This document shows, piece after piece, positions 23,626 to 38,272 of a stretch of DNA of 64,000 bases. How positions within the stretch are numbered: position 1 is the first letter of the stretch; each line of letters begins with the position of its first letter. Origin of the DNA: Octopus sinensis (taxonomy: Eukaryota); the NCBI RefSeq assembly GCF_006345805.1, contig NC_043010.1, positions 60,636,001 through 60,700,000 on the forward strand, given 5' to 3'. Under the pieces are notes generated by a model. The model was not told where the DNA came from, ran no database searches, and saw only the letters and a program-made list of their open reading frames with translations. Made by a program: the position numbers and the translations under genes.

Positions 23626-26018
23626 ATGACAGCATATATTGGTCTACTGTGTCTTCTACATTTACTGATCACCCTTGTACTGTCCATAGATATTACATAC
23701 CATGTCAAGGAAGAAGGCAGACCTCACACCTATATAGGAGACATTGCTGTTGACTCCAACTTATCACACCCTCTCACACATCAACAACACACTCTCATTA
23801 CATTTACACAACTACAAAGGACAGTCGAGAGTGGTTCTCACTTATTTAATGTCACCAACTCAGGAAAACTCTACACTACTCAAACACTGGATGCTGAGTC
23901 TCTGTGTACATACAACAAGGAATGTTCCAGAATAGTTAAAGTAGCAGTGAGGAAAGGAAAAACTTTTATGAAGATTCTAAAGATAAAAATATTCATAGAA
24001 GATGTCAATGACCATTCACCAGAATTTCCAAAGAATGAAGTTAAAATTGAATTTCTTGAAAGAGATAGAAAAGGAGATAAAATCCCACTTCTAAATGCTA
24101 TAGATCAAGATATTTCAATAAAGAATTCTCAAATTACTTATATGATCAAGAAAAGTAAAAGAGAACCATTTTCTCTCTCAATCAAAATAAGACATGATGG
24201 TGTCTCCATACCTGAATTAATATTGGAAGATAAATTGGACAGGGAACTCAAAGACAAATATATATTGACCTTGGAAGCTAAAGATGGAGGGAACCCTCCC
24301 AAAACAGCTACACTCAAGGTACATGTATCTGTTATAGATGTCAATGATAACACACCTGTATTTTCTCAGAAACTCTACAACATCTCTGTAAGTAATTCAC
24401 ATCAAAGACATTTACCAATTCTTACTTTAAAAGCCACAGATCAAGATTCAGGAGACAATGGAAAGATTTCTTATCATTTCAACCATAAAACATCTCGAAA
24501 TATCCAGAAATATTTTGTATTAAATAAGAAAACAGGTGATTTATTTTTACATGATAATTTTCATTTCAGTAAAAAACAGTCTTATAAATTATTTATAGAA
24601 GCACAGGATGATGGAAATTCACCCTTAACTTCTGTAACCAAAGTCCAGATTCTCATTATTAATAACCAGAATAGTGCTCCATTGATAAATATAGATTTTG
24701 TATCTCCTTTATCAGAGAGTTCCACAGCAGTTTCAGAAGACAGTGAAGTAGATAGTTTTATAGCTTATGTTATGGTCACTGACAATGATAGTGGACCTAA
24801 TGGTGAGGTTATCTGTGATTTAAAACATGATAAATTAAACTTGCCAAAATAGATTCTAAAGAATATAAAATGATTGTTAAGGGCCCTCTTGACAGAGAAA
24901 TAAGGGACCACTATAAAGCATCTATTGTGTGTCATGACATGGGGTCACCTCAACTAGAAAGTAAAAAATATTTCTCAGTCAAAGTAACTGATGTCAATGA
25001 TGTAGAACCACATTTCACCAAAGAGACATTCCAATTCCTCACCTATGAAAACCAGAAAGTTGACTTCCCTATTGGCTTCATCAATGCTACAGACCCTGAT
25101 CTTGGAGATGGAGGCCAACTTACATATTCTATCATCAATGATAACAACAATAACATTCCTTTCCAACTGACAAAATATGGATTTATTTCTACATCACAAT
25201 CAATAGATCGAGAAATGAAAGACATCTATAAGTTCAAGGTTTTAGTGAAAGATAATGGAACACCTTCTCTCAATGACACTGCCAATATTGTTATTGAGAT
25301 TCTAGATAAAAATGATAATGCTCCGTATTTTACGTTTCCTAATAATGACCCTTACAATCTAGATGTCCACTACCATCCACACAGTAAGAAGGACATCACA
25401 ATTCTGAGAGCATCTGACAAAGACACTGGAAACAATGCTTTCCTCACATATGGAATACTGAGATCCAATGATAAAACCTGTTTACAGTGAACTCACACAC
25501 TGGTGTGTTATCTTTCTCTCGCACAGTTTACCAAAATGATGCAGGAACATATGAGCTGCAGTTTATAGTGAAAGACGGTGGTACTCCAGTTCAATCAGCA
25601 ACAACTGCTATCATACTAACACTGTTTGTTAGTAATGATACATCTCCAATGTTGACTGCTGTGCCATTCCAGTCTGGTCACGACTTGAATATGACTTGGG
25701 TAATATCATTGTAGCAGCAGCTGTAATACTATCTGTGGCTATTGTAGTGTCCATAACACTGTGTGTTTTCAGATGTATTAATCACACAAATAACTCACCC
25801 ACACAGCAGAGAATCCCAACTTTCTCTCTCAGACTGAGATGAGACAATTACTGTATCAGACTAACAATCCTGTTGCAATAACGAGAAATGCAGAAGAGAT
25901 ATTTAACCGAAATCTTCAGACAATAAAATCTAAAAGTCAGTTTTTTCTGGAGATGGAACAGACACCAGATGAGTGGAAATTCTCAACAACACAAAGGAGA
26001 CTTCCACCTGTGCCTCAG
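23626..26018 (+). CDS. Pcdh: Protocadherin C3, large exon, frameshifted as assembled (pseudogene or consensus errors)
   Basis: ORF pieces 23626-24852, 24870-25490, 25487-25714 and 25839-26042 tile one full paralog. 1-nt deletions near 24835, 25474, 25704, 25804 and an in-frame 3-nt deletion near 25150; no nonsense substitutions seen; donor at 26018/26019. Confidence 0.85.
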
Positions 26019-26186
26019 GTAAATATTATTTTGGATAATTGATGTTTTTTTGCTTATCATTATAAAGGTAGAAGTATTTTATCCATTATTCATCTATGTA
26101 CAGTTATTACTGCAAAAAAACTCAACTTGGTCCCTCAGACTGTTTTATTAGCTGTAATCTAAACTTACTTTTTCTATAATCAACAG

Positions 26187-26575
26187 AGATGTGATTCAAT
26201 CCATAGTCAAGAACGTCGTACCAGTTCCATCATGTCTTACAACAGTGACACCTTAACATCCCAAAAGGACAGAGAAGCTAGCAAGAGTAATGGCAAGACT
26301 AAACCATATGATGAGATACCTGCAGAACCAGGTAACTTTTATCAAAACATAACATATAAATGTAATTGCCTTTATTACTGTAGGACAATATATAATGTTA
26401 TGCTTAGTGTAATACAAGATCAATGTTTCTATCTTTATATTGAGTTGTTAGTGTTATTGAAATGTAATTTGTGTTTGTATATTTGATATTTTCAGAATAT
26501 ACCAATGACAATCCTGTTGCAGCCACAATACTAAAGGGACAACAAATACAAGATACCTATCTACAGCCAACATAG
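26187..26575 (+). CDS. Pcdh: C3 cytoplasmic exons 2 (26187-26331) and 3 (26496-26575)
   Basis: Same splice sites, lengths and TAG TAG stop as C1. Confidence 0.78.
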
Positions 26576-27109
26576 TAGATGTTCCATGACTATTGTTAAA
26601 TGAGTCTCTCACACACCAAATCTTATACAATACTTTATATTCATATAAAAATATCAACTCTATGTTTCTTTCACACATCACACATAAAGGGCCTTGCAGT
26701 GGCATATATTATGACCCCTAATTTACGTCTTTGATTTAGTAAATATTACAAACACCTTACTCTACATTACCATACTTGACTATTATAAAATAGTAATATT
26801 ACTCTATGTTGGTACAGATATTTTACTAAGTATAAACCAATTAATTTTAGTTATCTTACAATGGATTTAATTAATTTATCTCTTGTCTATTTAATTCATT
26901 ACAGTCAAACATTTTCTATCACTTCTCTGAAGTTTAGTCAGTTTTTTTTTTGTTTTTTTTTGTTATAGGAATTGAGAAATTAATGAATTATCATCTCATA
27001 TTAAATGTTATAAAACTCAGCTGAAACGAACAAATATAATTATAAATTTTTTAATAGAAATTCCTTTTTAAGACTAAGTATGTAATAAAGTCATATTTAG
27101 TATAATATC

Positions 27110-27770
27110 CCTGTAAATTATCAAGCTGCGTCAGTGTAACATGAATTCTCTTATTTGATGTGTTTGTGTGACACAGACCACATTGCAGTAATTTCCTATT
27201 GGATGAGAGAGATTTTCTATATTTCTTTCAATATTGAAAGTGAGGCTGATAGCTTTTTTCTTTGTTCATCATACACACAATTGTGTGTGTGTGTGTGTGT
27301 GTGTGGAGGACATAGAGTTGTAACTAGCACACACCAGCATCTGGCTAACATCTCACCTCCCACTACATACAGCAACTGTCACACTATTATATCAGCAGTT
27401 ACACAGGAACAGCAGCAGCAGCTGCAGTAACACAGGAACACTACTACAACAGCAGCAGTACCACTATAATACCACTACAGCAGCAGTAGCAGCAGTTAGA
27501 GTGGAACACTACAGCAGGATACACATCATCCATCACACACAACTACAGTAAAGGATTAAACAATGCAGGTAAGTCTCCCTCTCTCTCCCTCTCTCTCTCT
27601 CTCTTTATTATCTTTTCATATTCATTATAACATTTATATTATTTGTGTTTCTAGTGAAAGACAGGGTAAGGATAATATCTAAAATGTCTGCCATGTTGTA
27701 TATATACAGGGACTGGGACAGTGGAGGATAGAGAGGATCTAGCCATCACTTCCACCATTAACAACAAGAA
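27110..27770 (+). promoter_or_regulatory. Conserved block 3 (donor GT at 27569), putative promoter/first exon of C4
   Basis: Paralog of block 1; TAG at 27487 interrupts the otherwise open frame. Confidence 0.55.
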
Positions 27771-27833
27771 CTGCAGTAGTCATTGTAATACAATTATTTC
27801 ATCTGGATTACATCTTTGAATCACACACACATG

Positions 27834-27866
<33 letters not shown>

Positions 27867-28826
27867 TATACAGGGAGAGGAAGAGCTACAGTATATTTAT
27901 TATGTACTCAACGCTGATGTTACATAGTACAAACTATGTATATATATATATATATATATATATCTTGTTAAATATCCATTATATATTCCTTGGTATATAA
28001 TTAAGTGCAAATGTTTGCAACTGTTATTATGAACATGATTTACATTGTTTTACTTACAATTAATTTGGAAAAAAAATTCAATTAATTTCATAATTGTTTT
28101 TTGAAACAAATTTCTATTTGAAGATTTTCTGTTTTAATCAGCAACATTCATTGAATCATTTTACACTCAATATCTATATACTTAGAATATATATCATTGC
28201 AAAATATTTTCTCATTTTTTTATAAACTATTTTCTTTATGTTCTTAATATTACTGCAACTTTTTTTTGTATCAATTGGATTGACAGTCCCCTTTCGTTTC
28301 ACATATTACAACTTGTATTTACATTACTCTCTCTCTTTCTCTCTCTCTCTTTCTCTCTCTCTCTTTCTCTCTCCACAACCATATTATAACCTTACCAAAA
28401 CTGTATCCCAAAGGCAACTACTTCAGTGTTATCTCTAGGCCATCCTTATATACATTCCTATTTACAGTACTATTAACATGCACACCGACATATCTATAGC
28501 CATGTTCCAATTATTGAAATGTTTTTTTTTTCCTGTAGATTAACATACTGCATTCCAACTTTAACAGAGCCCATCTGATATGCTGTTCCCTCTTTTTTTG
28601 TTGCTCCTACTTTATCTCAGCCCAGCTTAATCTTGCATTAATCACTTCATTTTGTTTTTGATATTTCTAACCAACAACTTCAACCCTTTGTACTTTTGTT
28701 CCTTCACTACTTTACCCCCAGAAAGCCCAGTTTGCATTCATGCACATGAGTCTAGGCTGTCTGAAAGTCTTTATGGTGATCATAGACATTGCTCCTACCT
28801 TATACGCATATATGTAATGTGTGTGT

Positions 28827-29045
28827 ATCATCATCATCATCGTTTAACGTCCGCTTTCCATGCTAGCATGGGTTGGACGGTTCAACTGGGGTCTGGGAAG
28901 CCAGAAGTTTGCACCAGGCCCAGTCTGATCTGGCAGGGTTTCTACAGCTGGATGCCCTTCCTAATGCCAACCACTCCGTGAGTGTAGTGGGTGCTTTTTA
29001 CGTGCCACCGGCACAGGTGTCAGACGAGGCTGGCAAACGGCCACG
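28827..29045 (-). mobile_element. RTE 3'-end fragment / RTE-tailed SINE
   Basis: (CAT)n-CGTTTAACGTCCG..GGATGCCCTTCCT, matching the long element's 3' end. Confidence 0.8.
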
Positions 29046-29063
29046 ATATGTATAAATATATGT

Positions 29064-29115
<52 letters not shown>

Positions 29116-29699
29116 AAGTGAGTGGACGAATGAATGAAAAGGGGTTCTCAACACATTTAGTTGGAATTACATGTATTATTTATAACAGTTTGATTCAGTT
29201 TCTGTGCTACTTCAAGTTTCACAGGCCCCTAATGGAGTCTGGCTCCTTCATACTTCTGGAATGACTGAATAATTTACATATTATAACAGACAATGAACAA
29301 GTAAAATATTTGACATCATTCAAAGCATTTAATTTGTAATTAATAATATAAACACTGTGCAGATTAGTTATAATAAATATGTAAAGTCTCTCTCAGCTGT
29401 TTCTAGAAAGCTAAGCATTTGGATCAGATGTTATTGAGTAAAGAATTCCGTATATGTCAGGTGTTCCATCATCAGAGAAAGAAAAAGAAAATATAGAAAT
29501 ATATCAATCGAGGTTGTTATTAGTTACCAGTTCTTCAAGAAACCAAGAAATTTCCAGGGTGAAAGATAGCTGTGTTTTGTACTTCCATGATCGAAAAGTT
29601 AATAAAATCCTAGGTAAAATTTAATATCAGTTAGCAGTTCCGTTTGTTAAGTTTCTAGGATAATCCCTGGCAAAGGATATGCATAGTTCAGTAGTTATT

Positions 29700-30750
29700 C
29701 TATACAAAGGTACTATTCAACAAAAAAGCAATGTATTTGAACCATTATTGAACCAAACTTTCATAAGCCCCTTTTTGTAAAAATTTGGGTGTGCCCTGTT
29801 GTTCCTATTTCTTCCAATTTTACTTTGTGTCATCAAATATTGTCCTTCATTGGGCTGAACAAGTGGAAGGTGAATGGTGCCAGATGCAGACTGTATGGTG
29901 GATGGGGAACCAGTGACCAGCTTAATTTCGTTGATTGCCTGATTTATTGCCAAAGATACATGTGGTCACACATTGTCAGGATGAATGTGGGACTGATTAC
30001 AGCCTCATGTTCAACCTCTTCCTCTTAATGCTTTCTTTAAGCCCCTTGTGTGTCCCAGTGTCCTGCTCGTTATTCATGGTTCAGCCACATTCCAGGAAAT
30101 CAAGGAGAATAATGTCCTTGTCATTCCCAAAACAGCCACCATTACCTCATCTGCCAATCCCTGGCTCTTGAACTTCTTAGGTCTTGGATAAAAGTTATGA
30201 CACCATTCCATCGACTGGGTCTCTGGTTCTGGATCATAAAGATAAACCCACGTTTCATCTCCTATCAGCAGATCAAGAAAAACATGTCTTCATCGGCTTC
30301 AAATGTTTCCAGTTGATCAGAGCTGATTTTCACCCTTCTCACCTGGCAAAGTACCCATTTCACACATGCTTTCTGATACCCAAAATCTTCTACAATCTTC
30401 TTTGATGTATTGTAGCCAGAGTCCAGATGTGCAGTAACTTCATGGGTTGTGACTTGTTTCTGTGAATCAAGTCGTCCACTCACTGCAGATGTGCGCCAGT
30501 TGTCCCCTACTGCATGGTTTATCTTCAATGTTTATTTCCCCTTCTTTCAACTTCTTCATAGCATTGCTTTTGTGATCCCTATAAATAAACTGTAGCCTTC
30601 TATGACTGATGGACAGTCAACCTTATTTTCCATCCTTTCAGTGGCCATTAAACAAGTGCTTGTTTTGTTGTGGTTTAGCTCCAAATCAGACTCATGTAAC
30701 TACCAATTGCTTTATAACTTTCAATTCTAGCAATTGTATATCCCTCCCAA
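29700..30750 (-). mobile_element. Degenerate mariner transposase
   Basis: Minus strand reads ..KIVEDFGYQKACVKWV.. and IGDETWVYLYDPEPETQSMEW..PRPKKFKSQ, resembling mariner motifs K.CARWVP, TGDETW and YDPETK.QS.EW. Confidence 0.75.
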
Positions 30751-31059
30751 AAATCTAGTATTGTTACAGCTATGTGAGATATTTTATTGGGCCTCCATCA
30801 GTCAAGATTAACCAAACAACTCCACATGAGAGTGCAGATCTGGGAAAGATTTTCTTGATGAAGCCTGATAGTTGCAAGGTGAGCAGAAGCTTTTTGACAG
30901 ATTTTCTATGGCTTTATGTCCTTCTTTACAAACCATTGTACAGAGTGGATTTTACTGTTGCCTTGTTCCCTGCAAAACTAAGGAATTTTTTACTATTCTA
31001 TTGTTCTTCCAAAGAAACCTGACTGAGAAGGTTAATAGAAGTGAGGGATGACCAAGAGA

Positions 31060-31800
31060 GTAACAGGAGAGTATGTGTATAAATGTGATGAGGGAAATAC
31101 AGAGAATACAAGGGAAGGAGACAGTGACAGCTATATGTTTGTTGTTGGTAAGGAGCTTAAATAATGAGTTGTATGATAAGGTAGCAATAAATATAGGTGA
31201 TGGTGAAAGTCATAGATATCACTGGAGAGTTATGTGAAGGAGAGATAATGATGGTTAGGTGTAAAGAAGGGTAATGGTATAGAGATACTGGAAATGTGTC
31301 GATTTGATGCCATCCCTTTTAATATATGAATCATGATGGTGAAGTGATTACAGGCAGATCAAACACCATCGTTCATTACACAATTCTCTTATGGTCTGGA
31401 GCACTGCATTAAACAGGTGGAGACCAAAACCAAGCCGTCATGAACCCCTTCTCTCAATGCTCAATTCATCACTGAACTCATTGCTAATTCTCATGTTGCT
31501 AATTGTGTCTCTATACAAAGCCTCTATAGGCTTTCACAGGCCATGCAGCTTCCTTAGCAACCACCAGACTATAGAATGAAGGACCCTGTAAAGGGCCTTT
31601 TCTACGTCAATGAATACAGGGTATAGGGGCTGACTCCTAGCTAAGTACTTTCTCCTGCAGTCATCTCACTTGAAAATGGCTTCAGTACAGCTTCTTCCCA
31701 GTGCAAAGCATAAATGCATCTCTTCCAGGCTAAATCTATTCCTAATCAACTGTAATGTAACACTTTCCATAACCTTCATAATTTAATCCAACAAGCTAAA
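31060..31800 (-). mobile_element. Old RTE RT fragment
   Basis: Minus-strand remnants KYLARSQPLY..FIDVEKA and GVHDG.VL resemble EKYLAKDKPLYLAFVDLEKAF and GVHQGSVL of the long element. Confidence 0.55.
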
Positions 31801-32399
31801 GTTTCTGAAGTTTCCCCTATTTTAGTGCATCACCTTTGTCTTTGTAACAATAAATAATGAAACTGCTGTATGATGCCTTCATGTACTACTTGACTCTAAT
31901 GCAAGTGACTCACATCTACTCTATTTTACCATATATTTTAAGTAACTCAGCATCTGTCACTGATGGATCTGCTAATTTCCCATCTTTCATATCCTTAACT
32001 GCACTTGACACCTTACTACACTTGACATTTTTAAGAGCTAGTCCCTGTGACAGGTCTACTTAGGGTAGACCTTCCCTCTCTCACCCATACATCTTCCTTT
32101 CATTAAAGTACTTCCATGTCTCTTATTTTGGTGTCATCAAAGACAAGTGTATCCCTCCATATTCATTCCTCCCCAATGGTCTCTTGATTCTTTCTTATAC
32201 ACTGCTTTGCAATCCACAACATTCTAAACACTTCCAATCTTCATGTCACACATGTGTAAACCATTTATTGATTCTTCCTTGCTAAATCTGGTGAAGGAAG
32301 GTCACGAAATCTACTACATGTCTAACAGCTCTTCTAGTTCATTGGTATTATTATTATTTGCTGCCCTCTTTCTTTCAATCTTTACAAACCTGCCTCCAA

Positions 32400-32950
32400 T
32401 AGTTTTTTTACTCTGTCCTGAGGACTATTTCAGCACCATGTCGTCCCCCATCTGCTCCTAGCTATAGATTCAGGCAGTAACCATCACCAGGTTATCCCAT
32501 TTGTCTTCAATGGTATAAGTCTTTGTCAACTTGACCTTCCTATGTGTCAGTTAGAACTCTCAACCCACGACTGGTCAGGGACTTCTTCAATTCCTGTATC
32601 TTACTTCTTTAAATGGTTCTGAGTCTCTGAGCCAGTATGGCTCTAACTTTGACCTCGCCAATGCTTAGTCTATGTCAAGTAGGACATTCTTCATCAGGGA
32701 ACAGCATTCACAATCATCTGCCTCTCCCGTCTCCTGAACTGTGCAAAGTATATTTACTTGCAACCATGGAATAACCTCATTCCAGCAAATAGTATTGCAA
32801 AGTATTAATTATATCATAGAGCTTGCGTATATCTCAGCAGGCTTCTATGATTATCAAAGCCACCTTCTACGTCCAGAAATGCATTTTAACGGCCATCTTA
32901 CGCATCAAGGTATTCATATAGTCCAGGGAGGTAACTCTGTCACATCATAA
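32400..32950 (-). mobile_element. Fragment of a different non-LTR RT (possibly R1/LOA-like)
   Basis: Minus strand near 32850-32885 reads AFLDVEGGFDN, resembling the RT motif FLDIEGAFDN; the rest is heavily degenerate. Confidence 0.4.
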
Positions 32951-33013
32951 GCGGTATACATTTTCCATTTTTCTTATTAGATTTAATGGATTGTCCTGCT
33001 CTCTCTCTCTCTA

Positions 33014-33056
<43 letters not shown>

Positions 33057-33180
33057 ATATATATATATAACGTTTACACATAGGCTATTATTTCATGAAG
33101 TAATTTTACATAGACTTTCAATATTCCTCTTTTCTTTTGTAGCAATTTCTCCTGCTAAAGTGTGATGAAGAATTCCAGAC

Positions 33181-35576
33181 ATGACAGCATATATTGGTCT
33201 ACTGTGTCTTCTACATTTACTGATCACCCTTGTACTGTCCATAGATATTACATACCATGTCAAGGAAGAAGACAGACCTCACACCTATATAGGGGACATT
33301 GCTGTTGACTCCAACTTATCACACCCTCTCACACATCAACAACACACTCTCATTACATTTACACAACTACAAAGGACAGTCGAGAGTGGTTCTCACTTAT
33401 TTAATGTCACCAACTCAGGAAAACTATATACTACTCAAACACTGGATGCTGAGTCTCTGTGTACATACAACAAGGAATGTTCCAGAATAGTTAAAGTAGC
33501 AGTGAGGAAAGGAAAAACTTTTATGAAAATTCTTAAAATAAAAATATTGATACAGGATATCAATGACCATTCACCAGAATTTCCACAGAATGAAGTTGAA
33601 ATTGAATTTCTAGAAAGAGATACTAAAGGAGATAAAATAACCCTTCCAAATGCCATTGATGAAGATATTTCAACAAAGAATTCCCAAATTACATATATGA
33701 TAAACAAAAGTAGGAGAGAACCATTTTCTCTCTCTGTCACAAAACAGGATGGTATTTTCATACCTACTCTGACTTTGCAAGAAAAATTAGACAGGGAAGT
33801 ACAAGACTCATATATGTTAACCCTGGAAGCTAAAGATGGAGGGAACCCTCCCAAAACAGCTACACTCAAGGTACACATATCTGTTATAGATGTCAATGAT
33901 AATACACCTGTATTTTCTCAGAAACACTACAACATCTCTGTAAGTAATTCACATCAAAGACATTTACCAATTCTTACTTTAAAAGCCACAGATAAAGATT
34001 CTGGAGACAATGGAAAGATTTCTTACCATTTCAACCATAAAACATCTCGAAATGTCCAGAAATATTTTGTAATAAATAAGAACACCGGAGATTTATTTTT
34101 ACATGACAATTTTCATTTTAGTAAAAAGCAGTCTTATAAGTTATTTATAGAAGCTAGAGATGGAGGAAATCCACCTTTAAAATCAGTCACAAAAGTCCAG
34201 ATTTACCTTATTAATAACCAAAATACTGCTCCATTGATAAACATAGATTTCGTATCTCCTTTATCAGAGAGTTCAGCAGCAGTTTCTGAAGACAGTGAAG
34301 TAGATAGTTTTATAGCTTATGTTATGGTCACTGACAATGATAGTGGACCTAATGGTGAGGTTATCTGTGATTTAAAACATGATAAATTTAAACTTGCCAA
34401 AATAGATTCTAAAGAATATAAAATGATTGTTAAGGGCCCTCTTGACAGAGAAATAAGGGACCACTATAAAGTATCTATTGTGTGTCATGACATGGGGTCA
34501 CCTCAACTAGAAGGTAAAAAATATTTCTCTGTCAAAGTAACTGATGTCAATGATGTAGAACCACATTTCACCAAAGAGACATTCCAATTCCTCACCTATG
34601 AAAACCAGAAAGTTGACTTCCCTATTGGCTTCATCAATGCTACAGACCCTGATCTTGGAGATGGAGGCCAACTTACATATTCTATCATCAATGATAACAA
34701 CAATGATAACATTCCTTTCCAACTGACCAAATATGGATTTATTTCTACATCACAACCAATAGATCGAGAAATGAAAGACATCTATAAGTTCAAGGTTTTA
34801 GTGAAAGATAATGGAACACCTTCTCTCAATGACACTGCCAATATTGTTATTGAGATTCTAGATAAAAATGATAATGCTCCGTATTTTACGTTTCCTAATA
34901 ATGACCCTTACAATCTCGATGTCCACTACCATCCACACAGTAAGAAGGACATCACAATTCTGAGAGCATCTGACAAAGACACTGGAAACAATGCTTTCCT
35001 CACATATGGAATACTGAGATCCAATGATAAAAACCTGTTTACTGTGAACTCACACACTGGTGTGTTATCTTTCTCTCGCACAGTTTACCAAAATGATGCA
35101 GGAACATATGAGCTGCAGTTATAGTGAAAGACGGTGGTACTCCAGTTCAATCAGCAACAACTGCTATCATACTAACACTGTTTGTTAGTAATGATACATC
35201 TCCAATGTTGACTGCTGTGCCATTCCAGTCTGGTCACGACCTGAATATGACTTGGGTAATTATCATTGTAGCAGCAGCTGTAATACTATCTGTGGCTATT
35301 GTAGTGTCAATAACACTGTGTGTTTTCAGATGTATTAATCACACAAATAACTCACCCACAACAGCAGAGAATCCCAACTTTCTCTCTCAGACTGAGATGA
35401 GACAATTACTGTATCAGACTAACAATCCTGTTGCAATAACGAGAAATGCAGAAGAGATATTTAACCGAAATCTTCAGACAATAAAATCTAAAAGTCAGTT
35501 TTTTCTGGAGATGGAACAGACACCAGATGAGTGGAAATTCTCAACAACACAAAGGAGACTTCCACCTGTGCCTCAG
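33181..35576 (+). CDS. Pcdh: Protocadherin C4, large exon, one frameshift as assembled
   Basis: ORFs 33181-35124 and 35124-35600 join across CAGTTATAG versus CAGTTTATAG (1-nt deletion at ~35119); 3-nt deletion in EC2; donor 35576/35577. Confidence 0.9.
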
Positions 35577-35760
35577 GTAAATATTATTTTGGATAATTGA
35601 TGTTTTTTTGCTTATTATTATGAAGGTACAAGTATTTTATCCATTATTCATCTATGTACAGTTATAACTACAAAGAACTCAACTTCAGTCCCTCAGACTG
35701 TTTTATTAGGAGTGATCTAAACTTGTATTGATATAAGATTCCTTTTTCTATAATCCACAG

Positions 35761-36149
35761 AGATGTGATTCAATCCATAGTCAAGAACGTCGCACCAGTT
35801 CCATCATGTCTTACAACAGTGACACCTTAACATCCCGAAAGGACATAGAAGCTAGCAAGAGTAATGGCAAGACTAAACCATATGATGAGATACCTGCAGA
35901 ACCAGGTAACTTTTATCAAAACATAACATATAAATGTAATTGCCTTTATTACTGTAGGACAATATATAATGTTATGCTTAGTGTAATACAAGATCAATGT
36001 TTCTATCTTTATATATTGGAGTTGTTATGTTGAAATGTAATTTGTGTTTGTATATTTGATATTTTGCAGAATATACCAATGACAATCCAGTTGCAGCCAC
36101 AATACTAAAGGGACAACAAATACAAGATACCTATCTACAGCCAACATAG
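35761..36149 (+). CDS. Pcdh: C4 cytoplasmic exons 2 (35761-35905) and 3 (36070-36149)
   Basis: Same splice sites, lengths and stop as C1. Confidence 0.8.
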
Positions 36150-36689
36150 TAGATGTTCCATGACTATTGTTAAATGATTCTCTCACACACCAAACCTTAT
36201 ACAATACTTTATATTCATATAAAAATATCAACTCTATGTTTCTTTCACACATTACACACATAAGAGGCCTTGCAGTGGCATTTATTATGACCCCTAATTT
36301 ACATCTCTGATCCATTAAATACTAGAAACACTATACTCTACATTACCATACTAGATTATTATAAAATAGTAATTTTACTCTATGTTGGTACAGATATTTT
36401 ACTAAGTATAAACCAATTAATTTTAGTTATCTTACAATGGATTTAATTAATTTATCTCTTGTTTATTTAATTCATTACAGGCAAACATTTTCTATCACTT
36501 CTCTGAAGTTTAGTCAGTTCTTTTTTCGTTTTTGTTTTTTTTTTGTTATAGAAATTGAGAAATTAATGAATTATCATCTCATATTAAATGTTATAAAACT
36601 CAGCTGAAACAAAGAAATATAATTATAAATTTTTTAATAGAAATTCCTTTTTAAGACTAAGTATGTAATAAAGTCATACTAATGTTAAT

Positions 36690-37330
36690 ATCCCTGTAAA
36701 TTATCAATCTGCGTCAGTGTAACATGAATTCTCTTATTTGATGTGTTTGTGTGACACAGACATCATTGCAGTAATTTCCTATTGGATGAGAGAGATTTTC
36801 TATATTTCTTTCAATATTGAAAGTGAGGCTGATAGCTTTTTTCTTTGTTCATCATACACACAATTGTGTGTGTGTGTGTGTGTGTGGAGGACATAGAGTT
36901 GTAACTAGCACACACCAGCATCTGGCTAACATCTCACCTCCCACTACATACAGCAACTGTCACACTATTATATCAGCAGTTACACAGGAACAGCAGCAGC
37001 AGTAACGCAGGAACACTACTACAACAGCAGCAGTACCACTATAATACCACTACAGCAGCAGCAGCAGCAGTTGGAGTGGAACACTACAGCAGGATACACA
37101 TCATCCATCACACACAACTACAGTAAAGGATTAAACAATGCAGGTAAGTCTCCCTCTCTCACTCTCTCTCTTTATTATCTTTTCATATTCATTATAACAT
37201 TTATATTATTTGTGTTTCTAGTGAAAGACAAGGTAAGGATAATATCTAAAATGTCTGCCATGTTGTATATATACAGGGACTGGGACAGTGGAGGATCGAG
37301 AGATCTAGCCATCACTTCCACCATTAACAA
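36690..37330 (+). promoter_or_regulatory. Conserved block 4 (donor GT at 37144), putative promoter/first exon of C5
   Basis: Paralog of block 1. Confidence 0.55.
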
Positions 37331-37661
37331 CAACAAAAACAATAACTGCAGTAATAATTGTAATACAATTACTTTGAACTGGATTACGTCTTTGAATCAC
37401 ACACACACACACACATGTATATATATACAGGGAGGGAGAGAGAGATAGGAAGAATTACAGTATATTATATTATGTACTCAATGCTGATGTTACATAGTAC
37501 AAACTATGTGTGTAGATACATATATATATATGTTTAACTGTCAGACGTCTATCTATATATATATAATATATAAGGATTTTGCCATAATAATTCACTAATT
37601 AAATTCTTATATTTCTCTTGCTTTAATGAACTCTTAGAAATCATTAATATCCTTATGTGTG

Positions 37662-37706
<45 letters not shown>

Positions 37707-38065
37707 TGTTAAATATCCATTACATATTCCTTTTATATAATAAAGTGCAAATGTTTGTCACTATTAATATAAACATGATTTACATTGTTTTACTTACAAT
37801 TAATTTGCAAAAAAAATTCAATTAATTTCATAATTATTTTGTGAAACAAATTTCTATTTGAAGATTTTCTGTTTTAATCAGCAACATTCATTGAATCATT
37901 TTACACTCAATATCTATATACTTAGAATATATATCATTGCAAAATATTTTTCCATTTATTTTATAAACTATTTTCTTTATGTTCTTAATATTACTGCAAC
38001 CTTAATTTGTATTAATTGGATTGACAGTCTCCTTCCATATCACTGTATTACAACTTGTATTTACA

Positions 38066-38110
<45 letters not shown>

Positions 38111-38236
38111 TCTGGTATTCTACAAAGTTCAGTTATACGTGCCACACACTACTATCTCAACACTATAAACCTTGCGGTTAGATCTATCTTTGCACCTTTT
38201 TACCCAAACAATACCATCCTTCACACTTCCTTAAGC

Positions 38237-38272
<36 letters not shown>

